64,000 bases of DNA from Ascidiella aspersa. Taxonomy: Eukaryota. Position numbers and translations under genes: made by a program. Of the stretch, positions 18,701 to 31,652 are shown piece after piece (position 1 is the stretch's first letter; each line of letters opens with the position of its first letter). Under the pieces are notes generated by a model. That model was not told the origin of the DNA. It was given only the letters and a program-made list of their open reading frames with translations, and made no database searches. Location: positions 23,932,001 to 23,996,000 of the forward strand of contig OZ004609.1 of the NCBI GenBank assembly GCA_963924565.1, written 5' to 3'.

Positions 18701-21556
18701 AATACAATACATATTTAAACTCAAAAACTAAAAATACAATTAAAACATAAATACAGAATTTTTGTTTTACAATATATAGTGTGTCTAATTAATTGTAAAA
18801 TGGTCGAGCTATGTACCATTTTATACACTATGCAACTAGTTGGACAGACCTGAATGTGAGTTCTTTTCTATCTACTGGGCACATCTTTTTTAATAGCACA
18901 TAATTTTTCAGGCATATGCCACAGAAAGTATGTCCACACTTTGTATCATATGGGTCCACAAAAGGCTGCAAGCAAATATCGCATTGCAAGTCATCATCGA
19001 TTTCCTATTGAAATGCAATCAGAAGGTTAAAGAAAATCATAAACTTTGTAGTTAATCGCCAAAAAAATAATTAATAAAATTGAAATATAATGTCAGACAA
19101 TGATTAACTTACATATAGGCTTACATAGAAATGCTAAAATTGTGTTCACTTATCACCATGCAAAAAAGATTTATAATTGTTTTATAGGACTCCAGCCATA
19201 AGACCAAAATTAAATGACATCATTGTGAAACAACAGTTCGGATAAGACCAACATAGGACTTATACCTAATAGTCCTGATAACACCTCAAATCAGGCCTAT
19301 ATAACATTTTACCTAACCCAGAACGCCAAACCGAACCCAGCACTAAGCCCCCTTAAAATTTCAACCCTAACCCAATTTAGGGGGACTAGGGGGGATTTTG
19401 AAGTTTCAAGTTAGGAATTTGATATTTTGTTTTTTTTCTGTTAATTTGTTATTTAAGTGCTATAGTTGTTAAAAAGGCCCAAGGCAGTTAAAAAAGGCTA
19501 ATTGTTAAAAAGGCCAAGGCAGGCATAACTTTATCATATGCAACAATTTAGGTTTTCTTTAAAAACTTTCCAAAACATCAAAAGTTACTTAGTTTAAACA
19601 AAGATTGCCAAGCATTGCTTTTTTTAAGAAAATATCAATTTAAACTATAACCAACACACATCTCAGTTGAGGTTAAAGTTTTAATCTATTCGCACAGTTC
19701 ATTTGTATGTTGTTGGAAGTAATAAGCAGAGCCTAACAAACGTTTCACTGATCTATATGTATAGATCCTTATTACTGCATCACTTTGCGCACTGTGTGCC
19801 AACTGTTCTTAAAGATTACAATTTTAATGAGGTTACACTCTCTTTGTTTTGACATGTTTATAGGTGCTGTTTTTTAGGGGGAATTTAGTTTTAAATAGCA
19901 GTTAAATGGGTCCACAGGATGAAATAGGTTAAGAACTGCTGGTTTAGGTCTTTTTCAAACGATATTAGATGTTTCTTAGCCTCGGATAATTTGGCAACAA
20001 ACAAATAAATATTTCTTTGTAAACAAAATAATAAGCAATACTTAATGATAAATTATTCTTAAATATTTCAATGAAATATTGAAGGACATCCTAAGAAGCA
20101 ATATAAAAACTTAGGATATGAATTTAAAAGTAAAATATCAACTAAAAGTGATAACTTGCCTTGATATAATCATATTCATGATTCTCTGTGAGACGATGAC
20201 GCTGACCACACTGCTTACACAATGGGGAGGCAATCACAAAAGTATTATTCCTATCAGACTTTGGTTTTGATCGCTCTTCAATGTTTGGAGTTGTACTTGC
20301 TTCAGCGTGGGATTGAGTTGTTTCTCCTGTGCTAGGTGTGTGAGTAGCTGTATGTATCCTCCTGCTACGTTTGCTCTTGTGCTTAGTTTGATCTGTGTTA
20401 ATTCGAGACAATTTGTTAGATTCGCAGTAGTGTATCAAACAAACAGAGACAGCCTACTTCACACTGATCTGAATATGTTTGATGTGTCTTATTAATTTAT
20501 GTTTCCTAACTTTGGGTGGTCAGCCTCTAACAAAACTCACCGACTGTGACAATAAAATAAATGCAACATGACGGCTGCACCATGAATACCTACCAGAAGA
20601 ATAAGTAATTGAAACAGTTCTGTTTGGAAAGTGATACTCCCAGGCATTTCAACATAATAACCACAATAATTTTCCAAGTAATGACAAAGCAGGACGAAAA
20701 CACATTATTCCATATTACTACCATTAAAGTTCACTATAATCAAGTTTAAACAAGCAAGAAAAAAAAAGTGTGATAAGCGACAACACGTATTTCAGCACTT
20801 CAATATTTCACATGATAACATACTTACAAATTAATTTAAAACATGTTACCTACCTTTAGTTTTTCCAGTGTTTGATTGTGACGACTCCACATCGAGTTTC
20901 TTTGGTCTTCGAACTTTTGTCGAAGCTCTTTCCTTTTGAGCAGTAGTTTCACTGGGATTGTCACCAGATGGTGACAAGTTTGTGACTGGGTCGGCATTCA
21001 TTGTTAAATCAATAGAGTTGGGGTAACGTACCAAACCTCTGTCAGACTTATCAGAATAAATTGATGGATCTGAAGTATGCCTTGAATGAGAGGCGTGGTT
21101 GTGATCATCACTAATCAGGTGTGACAAAACTGATTCAGCAGGCACAATCGGCTGGTTATTGAGCATTTCAGAAGCGCTATGAGCATTCCTCACTGGACTT
21201 TGAACCCTGTCCTGCTGTTTCTTGTGCCTGTTTTCACTTTTGCTTCGTAATTTTCGCCTTTCCCTATCTGACATGGACACTGGTGTGTCATTATTGCAAT
21301 ACTGAATTTCATCAAAAGAGACTGGATTGTGGCTTGAGCTTTTTGAAAGTCGTCCTACTGCAACAAATCCAACTCCCCCCTGGGCTCCAGTAATTTCAAC
21401 AACATCACTACTGATGCTGGTAGGGTGTGGGGGGAAATAGGAATCTGTGCTGTGTGGTTGTACCATTGATATTGCTGCTGCACTGTAGTGGTTATTGTAT
21501 AGTCTGTCATAAATATGATCTGTGTCCCTTCGGTTACGATAACTTGATGACTCCAT
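6720..21556 (-). CDS. LNX2: LNX1/LNX2-type E3 ubiquitin ligase (Zn-RING-Zn plus 4 PDZ domains), about 947 aa
   Basis: Exons (-): 21556-20854, 20392-20160 (GC donor), 19004-18850, 18580-18449, 17672-17560, 16524-16325, 15467-15258, 14502-14338, 12364-12230, 9943-9851, 8483-8228, 7618-7351, 6900-6720. They total 2844 nt in frame. Motifs: CKQCGQRH..ENHEYDY, RING CDICLQPFVDPYDTKCGHTFCGIC..CPVDR, four PDZ domains (LGLAVVGGNDTP; LGIKI; ESLGIVVAGG; GLGFSIVGG), WTPSWRMWL linker and C-terminal SWPGSLH, typical of LNX1/2. The exon 2 acceptor is the least certain boundary. Confidence 0.92.
11680..11963. mobile_element. Degenerate non-autonomous hAT element
   Basis: TIRs cagcggttctcaac / gttgataaccactg; flanks cactagat / aacaagat (6/8 TSD match). 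Confidence 0.6.
12484..12653. repeat. 38-bp direct repeat in an LNX intron
   Basis: aaaacggcgcgattttattgt(a/t)aaacggaatgcaatta at 12484-12521 and 12616-12653. Confidence 0.8.
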
Positions 21557-21632
21557 TTTTTTAAGTTAAGCCACCAGTTGTTGATATTATTTATAAATGG
21601 CTACATATAAAGAAGCAAAATAAAAATATGAG

Positions 21633-21828
21633 GGCACTGGTCTAGAACCCTACCAAAGTTATGAAATCAACGCACAAAATTTGAATTAGGTTGCGGGTTA
21701 GCGTTTGGGTGTGTCAAGTATTATTATATTCTTTATTTAATAATAATACTTGACCCACCTTAACCCAAACACTAACCCACACCCTAACCCAAATAATGTG
21801 TGTTGTGGTAGGATTCTAGACCAGCACC
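21633..21828. mobile_element. MITE family A copy 1 (GGCGCTGGTCTAGAATCCTACCACA TIRs, 8-bp TSD)
   Basis: TIRs ggcactggtctagaaccctacc / ggtaggattctagaccagcacc; perfect TSD AATATGAG at 21625-21632 and 21829-21836; internal ctaaccc motifs. Confidence 0.9.
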
Positions 21829-22624
21829 AATATGAGTTTAATACTAGCATGAGGGAGTTCTCATACAAGCACCAAAATTGTAAGAAACTGACATGAGCAG
21901 CTACCACATATACAAATTTATATAACCTTTTTCAGTCATCCAAAATAAAGTAAATTTAATCAGATGTTTTATAAAGTCACCAGCTGGTAAATAAATTTCT
22001 AGTTTAATGTATATATACATTACCTGCACTCTACAATCTACATAAAACAACAAAGTAATGTGACACTAATTAAGTGGTCATCTATTAATTATATTTTATA
22101 AAACTACTTTTATAAATACTATTTGGCATTAGTTGTTCGTTGTAAGACAAATGACATAATTAAAGTAAACTAAGGTTTGTTGTTTAATCTCATAATAATG
22201 CTTAGTTTGTTATTTTAATATTTATGATAATGTAGTTAGGAAATCCTTAATTGGCTAGAAAATACCTTAAACATGGGCTGAAAATTTAAGTATTGGAAAA
22301 TTACTATTTTATGAACTTGCTAAATAGACCAGTGGGTATTTTCTCAGAAAAACCCTAATCTTATAGCACAATAATTTTATCTCAATTAAATCTAATTTTC
22401 CTGTTTTAAAATACACAAATGACATAATAAATGATAACAAAGATCAATTTTTTGGCCCATGTCACATATTAAATTCAATTGTTATTATTTTATAATTTTA
22501 GAAACAAAAAACGAAAAAAATAATTATAAATCTCTTTTTATAATAAAAACAACGATTTCTCCTTTTCTCAACAAAATGAAATGTTATTCATAACAATTCT
22601 CGCTAAATGTTTAGCCTTATTCCG

Positions 22625-22825
22625 GGCGCTGGTCTAGAATCCTACCACAACGCGCATTATTTGGGTTAGGTTGCGGGTTAGCGTTTGGGTTAAGGTGGGT
22701 CAAGTATTATCATTAAATAAAGAATATAATAATACTTGACCCACCCACACCCAAACGCTAACCCGCAACCTAACTCAATTTTGTGCGTTGATTTCATAAC
22801 TGTGGTAGGATTCTAGACAAGCGCC
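22625..22825. mobile_element. MITE family A copy 2, inverted relative to copy 1
   Basis: Same TIRs; TSD ttattccg / ctattccg. Confidence 0.9.
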
Positions 22826-23535
22826 CTATTCCGTTGCCAACCAAGCATCTTGTCAACTTTGTGTGGGCGTAAACATTGCCTTTCACTATTACGTAAACAG
22901 AAAAAACATAACATACAACGAGAACGAACAACGACGGTGGTCAAAGTTTGGGTCAGTTTTAAAGTGGGCTATAGAATGCTTAAACTTCGGTGATATATTT
23001 TTATAGCTCTCTAGGGACACTTAGTGTTAAAAAAATTTAATTACGTTGACAATAATGTACTTTTTATTATCTCTAAAAAACTATAAAAACAATTTACAAC
23101 GCGTTTAGTTTTATCATGATGTCATCTAACTCTCTTAATTTTTTTTCATAGAATAGTCATAAATTTAATTGAAACAGAGAGAAAAGCAAATTGGGGACTT
23201 TACCATTTTAATTTAGTTTTTTTTATACAAAATTTATGACCAAGTAATATCAAGCCGTCGATCGAGTAACATTTGCGTTACATTAAGAATGTTTAATAGT
23301 GAATCATATTAAATAATATTTCGAAAAGTAAAATAAACGTCAACAAAAGCCACGCTTTAAAGCGTAATTCCATAAATCGACGCGTTTTGTCTTGACAGCT
23401 GTCAAATTTATCCTTGGTCATAGGCTCTAATTTTTAGCCCTATCCGACCGAAATTTGGGATTTACCAGGGACAACCTTTTTTCGTCAAATGTTGAGGTTA
23501 TTTGCACGAATAAATAAAGACTTTACTGAAATGAG

Positions 23536-26500
23536 ATGGAACGGATTTTATCATTTCGGAGAGTTGTTGTAACAGGTTGGTTTACATAAGCAATAATGGT
23601 ACTTTCCCACATAACATTTGAGAGTAACAATATGTCCTTTAACTTGTTCTATGCTTAAAGGTATTGGGTTGGTTTCGCCGTTGGGCTGCACTCGTGAATT
23701 AGTTTGGACGTCTTTAATCAACAGCAGAAGTGGATTAGTAAAACATCAAGATGGCAATGCTGACATACCATGCAAAGTATTTGCTCCAGTCCCAAAAGGT
23801 TTTGTTTTGTCAATAAGTTTGTAGCCATTAAATAAAACAAAATTGTAAAACAGAATATAAAACGCATACACTTTCGTAGTATGTAGCATTGGGCTTCTAT
23901 TATTTCCAATAAAGTAGCAAGAGCTACATTATTGAAAAACTTTCTAATGATTGTACAGCATGACAAAAAACAATACTGTTAAACAACAGTCTATTTTATT
24001 TATTTCAGGAAATGGAAAGGGCGAATTTGGTGGAGCGCCATCACGTTCAACTTCCCTTGCAACTGCCTATGCCTGTGCTGCAGCAGATGAAGCACTGGGT
24101 GACGCAAATTGGCATCCAGAGAGCAAAACACAACAGGAAAGCACTGGTAATTTTATTATTGTGTTTCATAGTATTACCAAAAAAAGAAATGGGTATTAAT
24201 ATGCAATGCAACTGTATTATTGACTAAACCAGGTGGTCCAAACACATTGCGAGACACAAGTCAACACTGTTAAGTTTAGTAATTATGCCAATTTGTTTTC
24301 TACATTAGTGTGCCATGTGGAGGTTTCAGTAAGCTTTGGTATATCCCTATATAAAAAAAGTACACCAATTAAAAAAATAGTAAGCTAATCACACAAATAG
24401 CACCACAGGATGTAGTGTCTACTGTGTGTGGTCAGCAAGAAATATGCAAAAAAGTTGTCTTATTTTGGACCACTTTGGAGTAAATAAGCTAAATTTTTGA
24501 GCTTAAAACTAGAAATATATATGTACCTAAAAGAAGGGTAACTTTACATATAATTTTTTATTGGGGCATGAAAAACACTGTTTTACAACAGGTGTTGCAA
24601 TTGGAATGGGTATGGTAGACTTGGAAGCTATAGAAGATACTGCATTTAAACTGCAAGATGTTGGATACCGAGCTGTGAGTCCATTTTTTGTACCCCGGAT
24701 TCTCCTCAACATGGCAGCTGGCCAGATAAGCATTAAGCACAAGTTTCAAGGGCCAAATCACAGTGTTTCAACAGCTTGTACCACAGGTTGCTTTATTAGA
24801 AACTCCTTTTGATTTAATTAAACCAATATACAAACTGTATTTTTTGGAAGTTAGGGCTGTGTTATTTTGTGCAATCTGCTGTTAGTTGTCATATAATTGG
24901 CCAGTCCGATTCGACCCTTAATTTTCTTGTGTTTTACAAAAAATTATTGATTATCTTCTCAAAATCAAATCAAATATAGAATGGCTGTGTGGTTTATGGT
25001 CCTTTGCCCATATGTCAACAGTTAAACTTAAACATCATAACACATAAACTTAACATCATAAACACAAAGCAACTATTATCATCTCAGCCCCTTTACAAGT
25101 TAACTCGCTGTAATTAAACAGTTATTCTCTAAATAATCTCTTCTATTTGCCTTATACAATGACCATGGATTATATTTGAATATTTTGCTGTAACGGATAT
25201 CCTATTGATTCTTGCATAAGAACTGTTTACGTGAAGGTGCCCATTCCATCGGTGACGCGTGTCGGTTCATCGCACATGGTGATTGTGACGTCATGGTGGC
25301 GGGGGGCGCCGAAGCTTGTCTCACCCCGGTGGCCATCGCTGGCTTTGCAAAGGCAAGGGCGCTGAGCACCAAATACAATGACCAGCCGGAAAAAGCTTCA
25401 AGGCCATTCCATCCCGACAGGTAAATTAATTATGCTGTTTGACAAATTTGAATTAGTGTCACTTTTGGACTAAATCGGTAATACAAGTCAATATCAAAGT
25501 GTATATTTTGGAGTAGAACTAAGTACACACTGTAAGCCAAAGAGAATATATAGGAATAAGCTAAATATTGGTTTCATGTATTAAAAATCAAGGATAGGAA
25601 CAATGTCTTTTAAACCCAAGGTTACGGCGTTACAGTTTTAAAAGTCGTTAATGATTCCAGGGACGGATTCGTGATGGGCGAGGGCGCTGCGGTGCTGGTC
25701 CTCGAGGAAATGCGTCACGCTAAACAAAGAGGAGCGCGAATATACGCCGAAGTCCTTGGTTATGGTCTCTCTGCCGACGCCTCCCACATAACTGCGCCTT
25801 CGCCCGAAGGTCTTTTAAGTTTTTATATACATATTTAAATACGCACTTTTTTCATATGACGCCAACGCGTTTTCAAAGTTTTTTACCAATCGATCCAAAA
25901 CATTTGATCCTCAACAAAAAATTATCAACTTGATTAGCGTCTGATCACACTAGCAGCCGTCCAGGTGCATTACCTATCAAAATCTGTATTTTAGTTTGAG
26001 GTATACTTCCTTCAAATAACAAGTATGTTGTTTTGCCGGAAATAAAATAACTCGCATACTAAAGCTAGATGTTTTAATTCTCTTTTTGACAAGGTTTAAA
26101 AAAATAAAGCGCCCAACCATGTTTTTTGAATTTATGCCCGCCAGTCAAACAGATCAAGCCGCACTTTACCTTTGCACTTTGCTTGCTTAATTATCGTATC
26201 AAAAGGTACCTAATTTCCCCAACCTTAGCTCACCACGTCATAATTTTCTGCTCTAGGTACTGGCGCTATCCTGTGCATGAGGCGAGCCATGACGGACGCG
26301 GGCGTGAACCCAGAGCAGGTTACCTACATCAACGCGCATGCAACTTCGACACCGCTGGGCGACGCCGTTGAAAACCGAGCCATAAAATCGGTGTTTGGTG
26401 ATCACGCCTATAACCTGGCAGTTTCGTCCACCAAGGGAGCTATTGGACATCTTTTAGGTTTGTGCCTGGAAAGTGGATGTTGTGTTACTTTCGTCTGTGG

Positions 26501-27574
26501 GGTTTGATATTCTTTTTACAATAATAAAATATCTTATTTTGGCTTACATCAATTGTATGAAAATAGAAGCTTTTATTTAGGACGAAAAACGTGACAATGT
26601 TTTTTGGCTCCAATATCCTTCCATTTTACATTTTGTAAACGAAAACAACAGTTCGACTGTCGGTTACAGCAGGGTTTCCCAAACTGTGTCCCGCGGACCA
26701 TTGGTGGTCCGCGACGATATGACAAGAAATTAAAAAAGTCACACATATACGTTGTACAGTACGTACCCTTTCAAAGAAAATTGCTGCAGTTATTCACAAC
26801 TTGATGATTTCGGAAGCTTTTGCTATCCGCATCGCAAACCTTACTTGTGATGCCTTCGTTGTAGTAAAAAAAAAGTTGTTTACGAAAAATTCTCATATTT
26901 CTCGTCTATGACGTAATAATATTATATTCTTATCTCCATTCGAAATTGGCTGTTTTATCATTCTAACTATTTGCCTACGCAAAAGTCAGTGAAACAAAGC
27001 AGAAAGAAGCAATCGCATCCGTCCCATTGATGTTGTCAGTTTTGTAAATAAATGAAATTCGGTTTTATTTGCTTTGTATTGCGGTCCGCGAAAAAACAAA
27101 TTCACAAATTGTGGTCCGTGGTCGTGGTCCAAAAACGTTTGGGAAACCCTGGGTTACAGGATCAATTACAACAGTAAAAACTTCTTTGTTTTGCTTAATC
27201 CATGCGCTAGGTGCGGCAGGTGCCACCGAGGCTGCGTTCACGGTTTTGTCCTGCTACCACGGAGTACTAGCGCCGACCCTCAACTTAGACAAACTAGATC
27301 CGGAGATGGACCTCAACTACGTTCCTTTGTTGAAACAGACGTGGCTGCCACAAAATGCTGAAAGGTAAACACTAAGGAATTTTCCTTGTGTGTGCGCGTG
27401 CGCGTAAGTGTTACGAGCCTGTGTGGTTTCGTTATCAAACTGGGTATTTACAGTGACTTTCAACTCGGATTTAGATAACTTGATTTTCTGTTGTGTGCTT
27501 GTAGGCGAATTGCACTGACAAACTCGTTCGGATTCGGAGGAACAAACGCGAGTCTTTGCATTGGCAGTGTGTGA
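23536..27574 (+). CDS. OXSM: Mitochondrial 3-oxoacyl-ACP synthase (FabF/KAS II type), about 422 aa
   Basis: Exons 23536-23575, 23661-23798, 24009-24146, 24592-24786, 25237-25420, 25661-25809, 26257-26457, 27211-27364, 27505-27574 (1269 nt in frame). Motifs RRVVVTGIG, catalytic [38 protein letters not shown] and NSFGFGGTN. The start codon is uncertain. Confidence 0.96.
24230..24477. mobile_element. Degenerate hAT MITE in OXSM intron 3
   Basis: caggtggtccaaa / tttggaccactttg termini; TSD gactaaac / gagtaaat. Confidence 0.55.
26670..27151. mobile_element. hAT (Charlie/Buster-like) MITE in OXSM intron 7
   Basis: 15-bp TIR cagggtttcccaaac; perfect 8-bp TSD GGTTACAG; subterminal ggtccgcg repeats. 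Confidence 0.9.
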
Positions 27575-30182
27575 CTTGCGGAGTGCCAGAAAGGCTGGAA
27601 AGTAATCACTCTTACCGACAACAGAAGCTCTGTCATTTTCAGTGGATCCTTGTACCGCCTGGATGCCAAGTGGGATTGTGATTTGGCGTAAAGCTCCCCA
27701 ACAAGAAAACACTTGACTTATGTTTTTCTGTTTGTTCAACAAGGTTCCGTTTTGTTAGTTCTATATTATGTATACGGTATGGGACGTATTCGCATCCTGA
27801 TTGTGTGTGAATTGCGAAAAAGTACCGTGACGGTTATATGAAGACTATAATATAACAAGGTAATTCGAACCACAAGTTGATGTAATTACGTTGAAGGGGT
27901 GGATAAAACGACCAAACGATTTTAGTGTAGGATGTTTTTAGCTGCTGAACAAAGATGACACGGATGTAAACAAGACAGCTTATCGAAGGAATGTTGATAT
28001 TTTTTGTACTGTTTATACAGCAAAAGCAGCATTCAACTAACATGATTTCTGAAGTAAGCATTGCATATATGCAATTGTTCAGTTGACCATATAAGACCTT
28101 CCCAAACTGGAAGTTGCACGAGCTTTAGGGTGCGCAAATGGTTCTATATTTATTTCACACAAAGAGTTTTACTGTACTTAAATCCTTTTTCAGGACTATC
28201 GACATGTACATGTGAAAACCAATTCAAAAATATCCCTAACAAAGGTGCACATTGTTTAAAAGGAGTATTGAAGAAGGCAACATCTTTGTTTAAGTCAAAT
28301 GGTCCGGGAAAATAAAAAAACTACCGCACACTGAAAGGTTTAAAAACAGGGTGTCAAACGCGCGGCCCACGAGATCTTTTAAAAACAAATATACTTTTTT
28401 CGGCAAAATTTTAATTTTTTTTGACGTTCTGTGCAAATGAAACTGTTTTAGGTTTATACCTTTACACAAACTCATATGCGGCTCGATTGATATTCTAATT
28501 TTTTACGCCAAAGGGGCATACTACTGTTATATATTTAAAAACGTAACCTAGGTAGTATGTTTAAGTGTTGTCTTTGCGTTGCACCTTTGGGCTGTAAAGT
28601 GACAAACATTCACTGCCGGCAAAAGACTATAATCAGAGTCTGAAGGCATAACGGAATTAAAAGTTTGCATACAAAAAATCTCGCACGAGTTGTCCATAAT
28701 ATCTTAATTGTTACTCTTTATTTACTAAGACCGCAGTGGGACCAAACATTTCGGTTGGCCTTTGGCTCCATCACCCGCCCTAATCCGACCTTAATACCAA
28801 TATAATCTTTGTATTTATGAATTCTGCTAAAACTTCAGAAAACATAGCTGCAATGTAAATAACGCATTTTAATCTGTGTGCCATAGAGGAATTGTCGGCG
28901 CGCTACGGGCAAATGAAAAATAAAACATTAAGATATTTTTTTATTATGCTGTACTATTTCTTAGCCCATCCAGCATACAATACTCAGATTATTATTAACA
29001 TGGAGGCCTGTGTAACGATTCTTAGTGTTGTTAATGCGGTCCACTGATGTATTGAAAAATAAGCAATGCGGCCCAGCAGTGTTGCAACCGGTGATAATTT
29101 TGTAGTGCTAATTAAGCACGTAACAGTTAACCAGTAATTTTGAAATGACGTAAGTCCAAGTCTTGTCATTTGTAAAATAACAAGTACAAAGTATTTTTGA
29201 AATAAATAACAAGCCATGATTAGATCAGGTCAATTCCAAGTGAGGCCCTTGTCATATAAATTAAGCAAGCAAATTGTATAACATGCTTAAAATTCATTAG
29301 CCTAACTTCTTGTTTAACTGTAAATTATTGAGGGAATTTAAAATTTCCAAGGACTAAAATTTTAAGCAACTGTTCTTGTTGCAAACACAGGTTGATATAA
29401 AACTAAGAAGTTTGTCGATCCTTTTTTAGGCAAATAAATAATTATTTCAGCGTAGCCTACTTCTGTAAGTCATTAATCAAAAAAACACTTTAGGGTTTCG
29501 ATCTGACAAGTTTGCAAGACAGCAGAATCTGAGCTTAAACATTTGTTTATCTCCGTGAACTTTTTTATGGAGTTTACCTAGCGAAAAATCACATATTGAC
29601 TCACCACACAATAATGTGTGATCAAGTTATAGCCCGTTCGTTCGATCAGCCGGCTGCATCGTGGTAAACAACGTTATAGAATGGCACTGTCATTATTCCA
29701 GTCGCAGGGTTCGAAAGTGGAATTAGTTGTTTGTTCGAAAAACCTGCGCCATGTTATATTAGTCGCAAACTAAACAAACACAACAATGTAACATCTTTGC
29801 TTTGGGGTATCAGTACTGTCAAACCTAATAGAAAAGGTAAAAGGTCGCGCTGTCCCTCGAGTTCGAGGCTACCTTGTTATCACGTGTTGACATTTGACCC
29901 CATTGTTCGACGATGCGCGACCGCAAGTAAATAGAAGGCTGCAAGGTTTGCGACACAACATCGCAAACTCACCACGATGGCGAAATGTTCGCCTGTCGTG
30001 TGCTTGACCCTGTTTGAACTGGTCGAAATTGAGCCTAGGCGTTGAGTTTTTGTTCCTCATTTGACAAGTGAAAGGCTAAGAAGGACTGGTCGTAAAAGGT
30101 TCAAAGTGCGGTATAAAGTCTAGTGTTGTTATTGTAGTAAATACATCTAAATAAAACAATTAAACATTCGAAAAGGATTTTC

Positions 30183-30385
30183 GGCGCTGGTCTAGAATCC
30201 TACCACAACGAAACACCATTTGGGTTAGGGTGCGGGTTAGCGTGTGGGTTAAGGTGGGTCAAGTATTATTATTAAACAAAGAATGTAATAATACTTGACC
30301 CACCCACACCCGAACGCTAACCCGCACCCTAACTCAAATTTTGTGCGTTGATTTATGAACTGTGGTAGGATTCTAGACCAGCGCC
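30183..30385. mobile_element. MITE family A copy 3
   Basis: TIR ggcgctggtctagaatcctaccaca; perfect TSD GGATTTTC. Confidence 0.92.
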
Positions 30386-30612
30386 GGATTTTCTTTAATC
30401 GAAAATCTGAAAATTTTTGTCCCAAATTTATTAAAACTTTCAAAAATTTGAGGGAAAAAGCCAGTGGTAAGTGGCCTAAATTATAAACAATTACATAACT
30501 CTACTTTAAAAAGTTGTTAGTGATTTAGAAATACTATGAACGCTTAGTGTGTTCGCTATCTATCACTGTTTGATAATACTGCAGAGTTTATTTATGGCCA
30601 AATAATATTATG

Positions 30613-30805
30613 GGCGCTAGTCTAGAATCCTACCACAACAAACATTATTTTGATTAGGTTGTGGGATAGCATTTGGTTTTGGGTAGCTTGAGCAATATTG
30701 TTACTTGACCCTCCCTCAACTGAACACTAACCGACACTCTAACTGAAATATTGTGAGTGCCTTAAAAATTGTTTTAACAATGTGGTAGGATTCTAGATCC
30801 GTGTC
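30613..30805. mobile_element. MITE family A copy 4 (older, diverged)
   Basis: ggcgctagtctagaatcctaccaca ... tgtggtaggattctagatccgtgtc; TSD atattatg / atattttg. Confidence 0.8.
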
Positions 30806-31529
30806 ATATTTTGGTATGCAAGATAAAAAAAAACTGCATTGTATTGGTTACAACCACATATATTCTGCTTTTGGGATATTACTTTTATTGTTTTAACATT
30901 TTTGCTTCTAGGAGAAAGGTTTCCAAGTGTTAATGAACAGTATTCAAGAGAAAAACAAGCTTTGTATATTTATGTAATAAAGATTCTTAAATTAGCATAG
31001 CTGTATTGTAAAAAAATTGATAAATGGAGTACTTGCCACAATGCACAGCTGTTGTCTCAGCTAAAAGCACTACGCAAACCAAACTTTTCATTTTTTTAAA
31101 TTTTATGTGGAACTATTTATTGATTCAGTTCCAGTTTAAAGTCGCAAGTCTGACTCCAGCCAATTGTGCAGCTTTGTTGAGTCTCGGTTTTATTTCAGAC
31201 TCTGCAGCCTGTATTCCACCAATTTAGATGACTGAATGTGTTGGATACTTAAAAATTCACTTATAGGGGTGTTGTTATTTCATACATTTACTCACTACAT
31301 TTGGTTGGAAAAGATCCACCATTGATGCTAATTTATGTTTACAACTTAAAGTTGTTGGCCATATCGCTTAAAGAAGAACTACTACTTGATTTATACAGTG
31401 TGTTTTTGTCTTTTTTAAATGCAGTGTGTTTTAAACAATTTATTATGACTTAAAAGTGTGTTTAATTTTGTTAAATTCAAAATGCTACACTTTTATGATG
31501 TTTAAGCTGAACTACTACTTGATTGCTGC

Positions 31530-31652
31530 CTTAGTGATGAGTGTTCTTATCTTGTTGGTGTCCGAAGCCTTGAAGATGTGCCACAGAGCTCCAGCTTTGT
31601 GTTTCTTGGCTCACTTGATCTGAGCGTTGTCTAAGTCACCCTCCTTTATGAT
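31530..31652 (-). pseudogene. Orphan pseudo-exon of a KDM3/JMJD1 JmjC histone demethylase
   Basis: After an acceptor (ttgttag), 123 nt translate to IIKEGDLDNAQIK*AKKHKAGALWHIFKASDTNKIRTLITK. This resembles the KDM3 JmjC segment EGD...GALWHIY.A.D..KIR. In-frame TGA at 31611-31613; no other KDM3 exons were seen. Confidence 0.7.

Noticed and set aside
21690-21790. Interstitial telomere
   Set aside because: TAACCC motifs are spaced and mirrored within MITE family A, not tandem arrays.
31534-31623. Apparent box C/D snoRNA (GTGATGA ... CCGA ... TGAAGA ... CTGA) on the + strand
   Set aside because: No terminal stem and no recognisable rRNA-antisense guide. The opposite strand is better explained as a KDM3 pseudo-exon.
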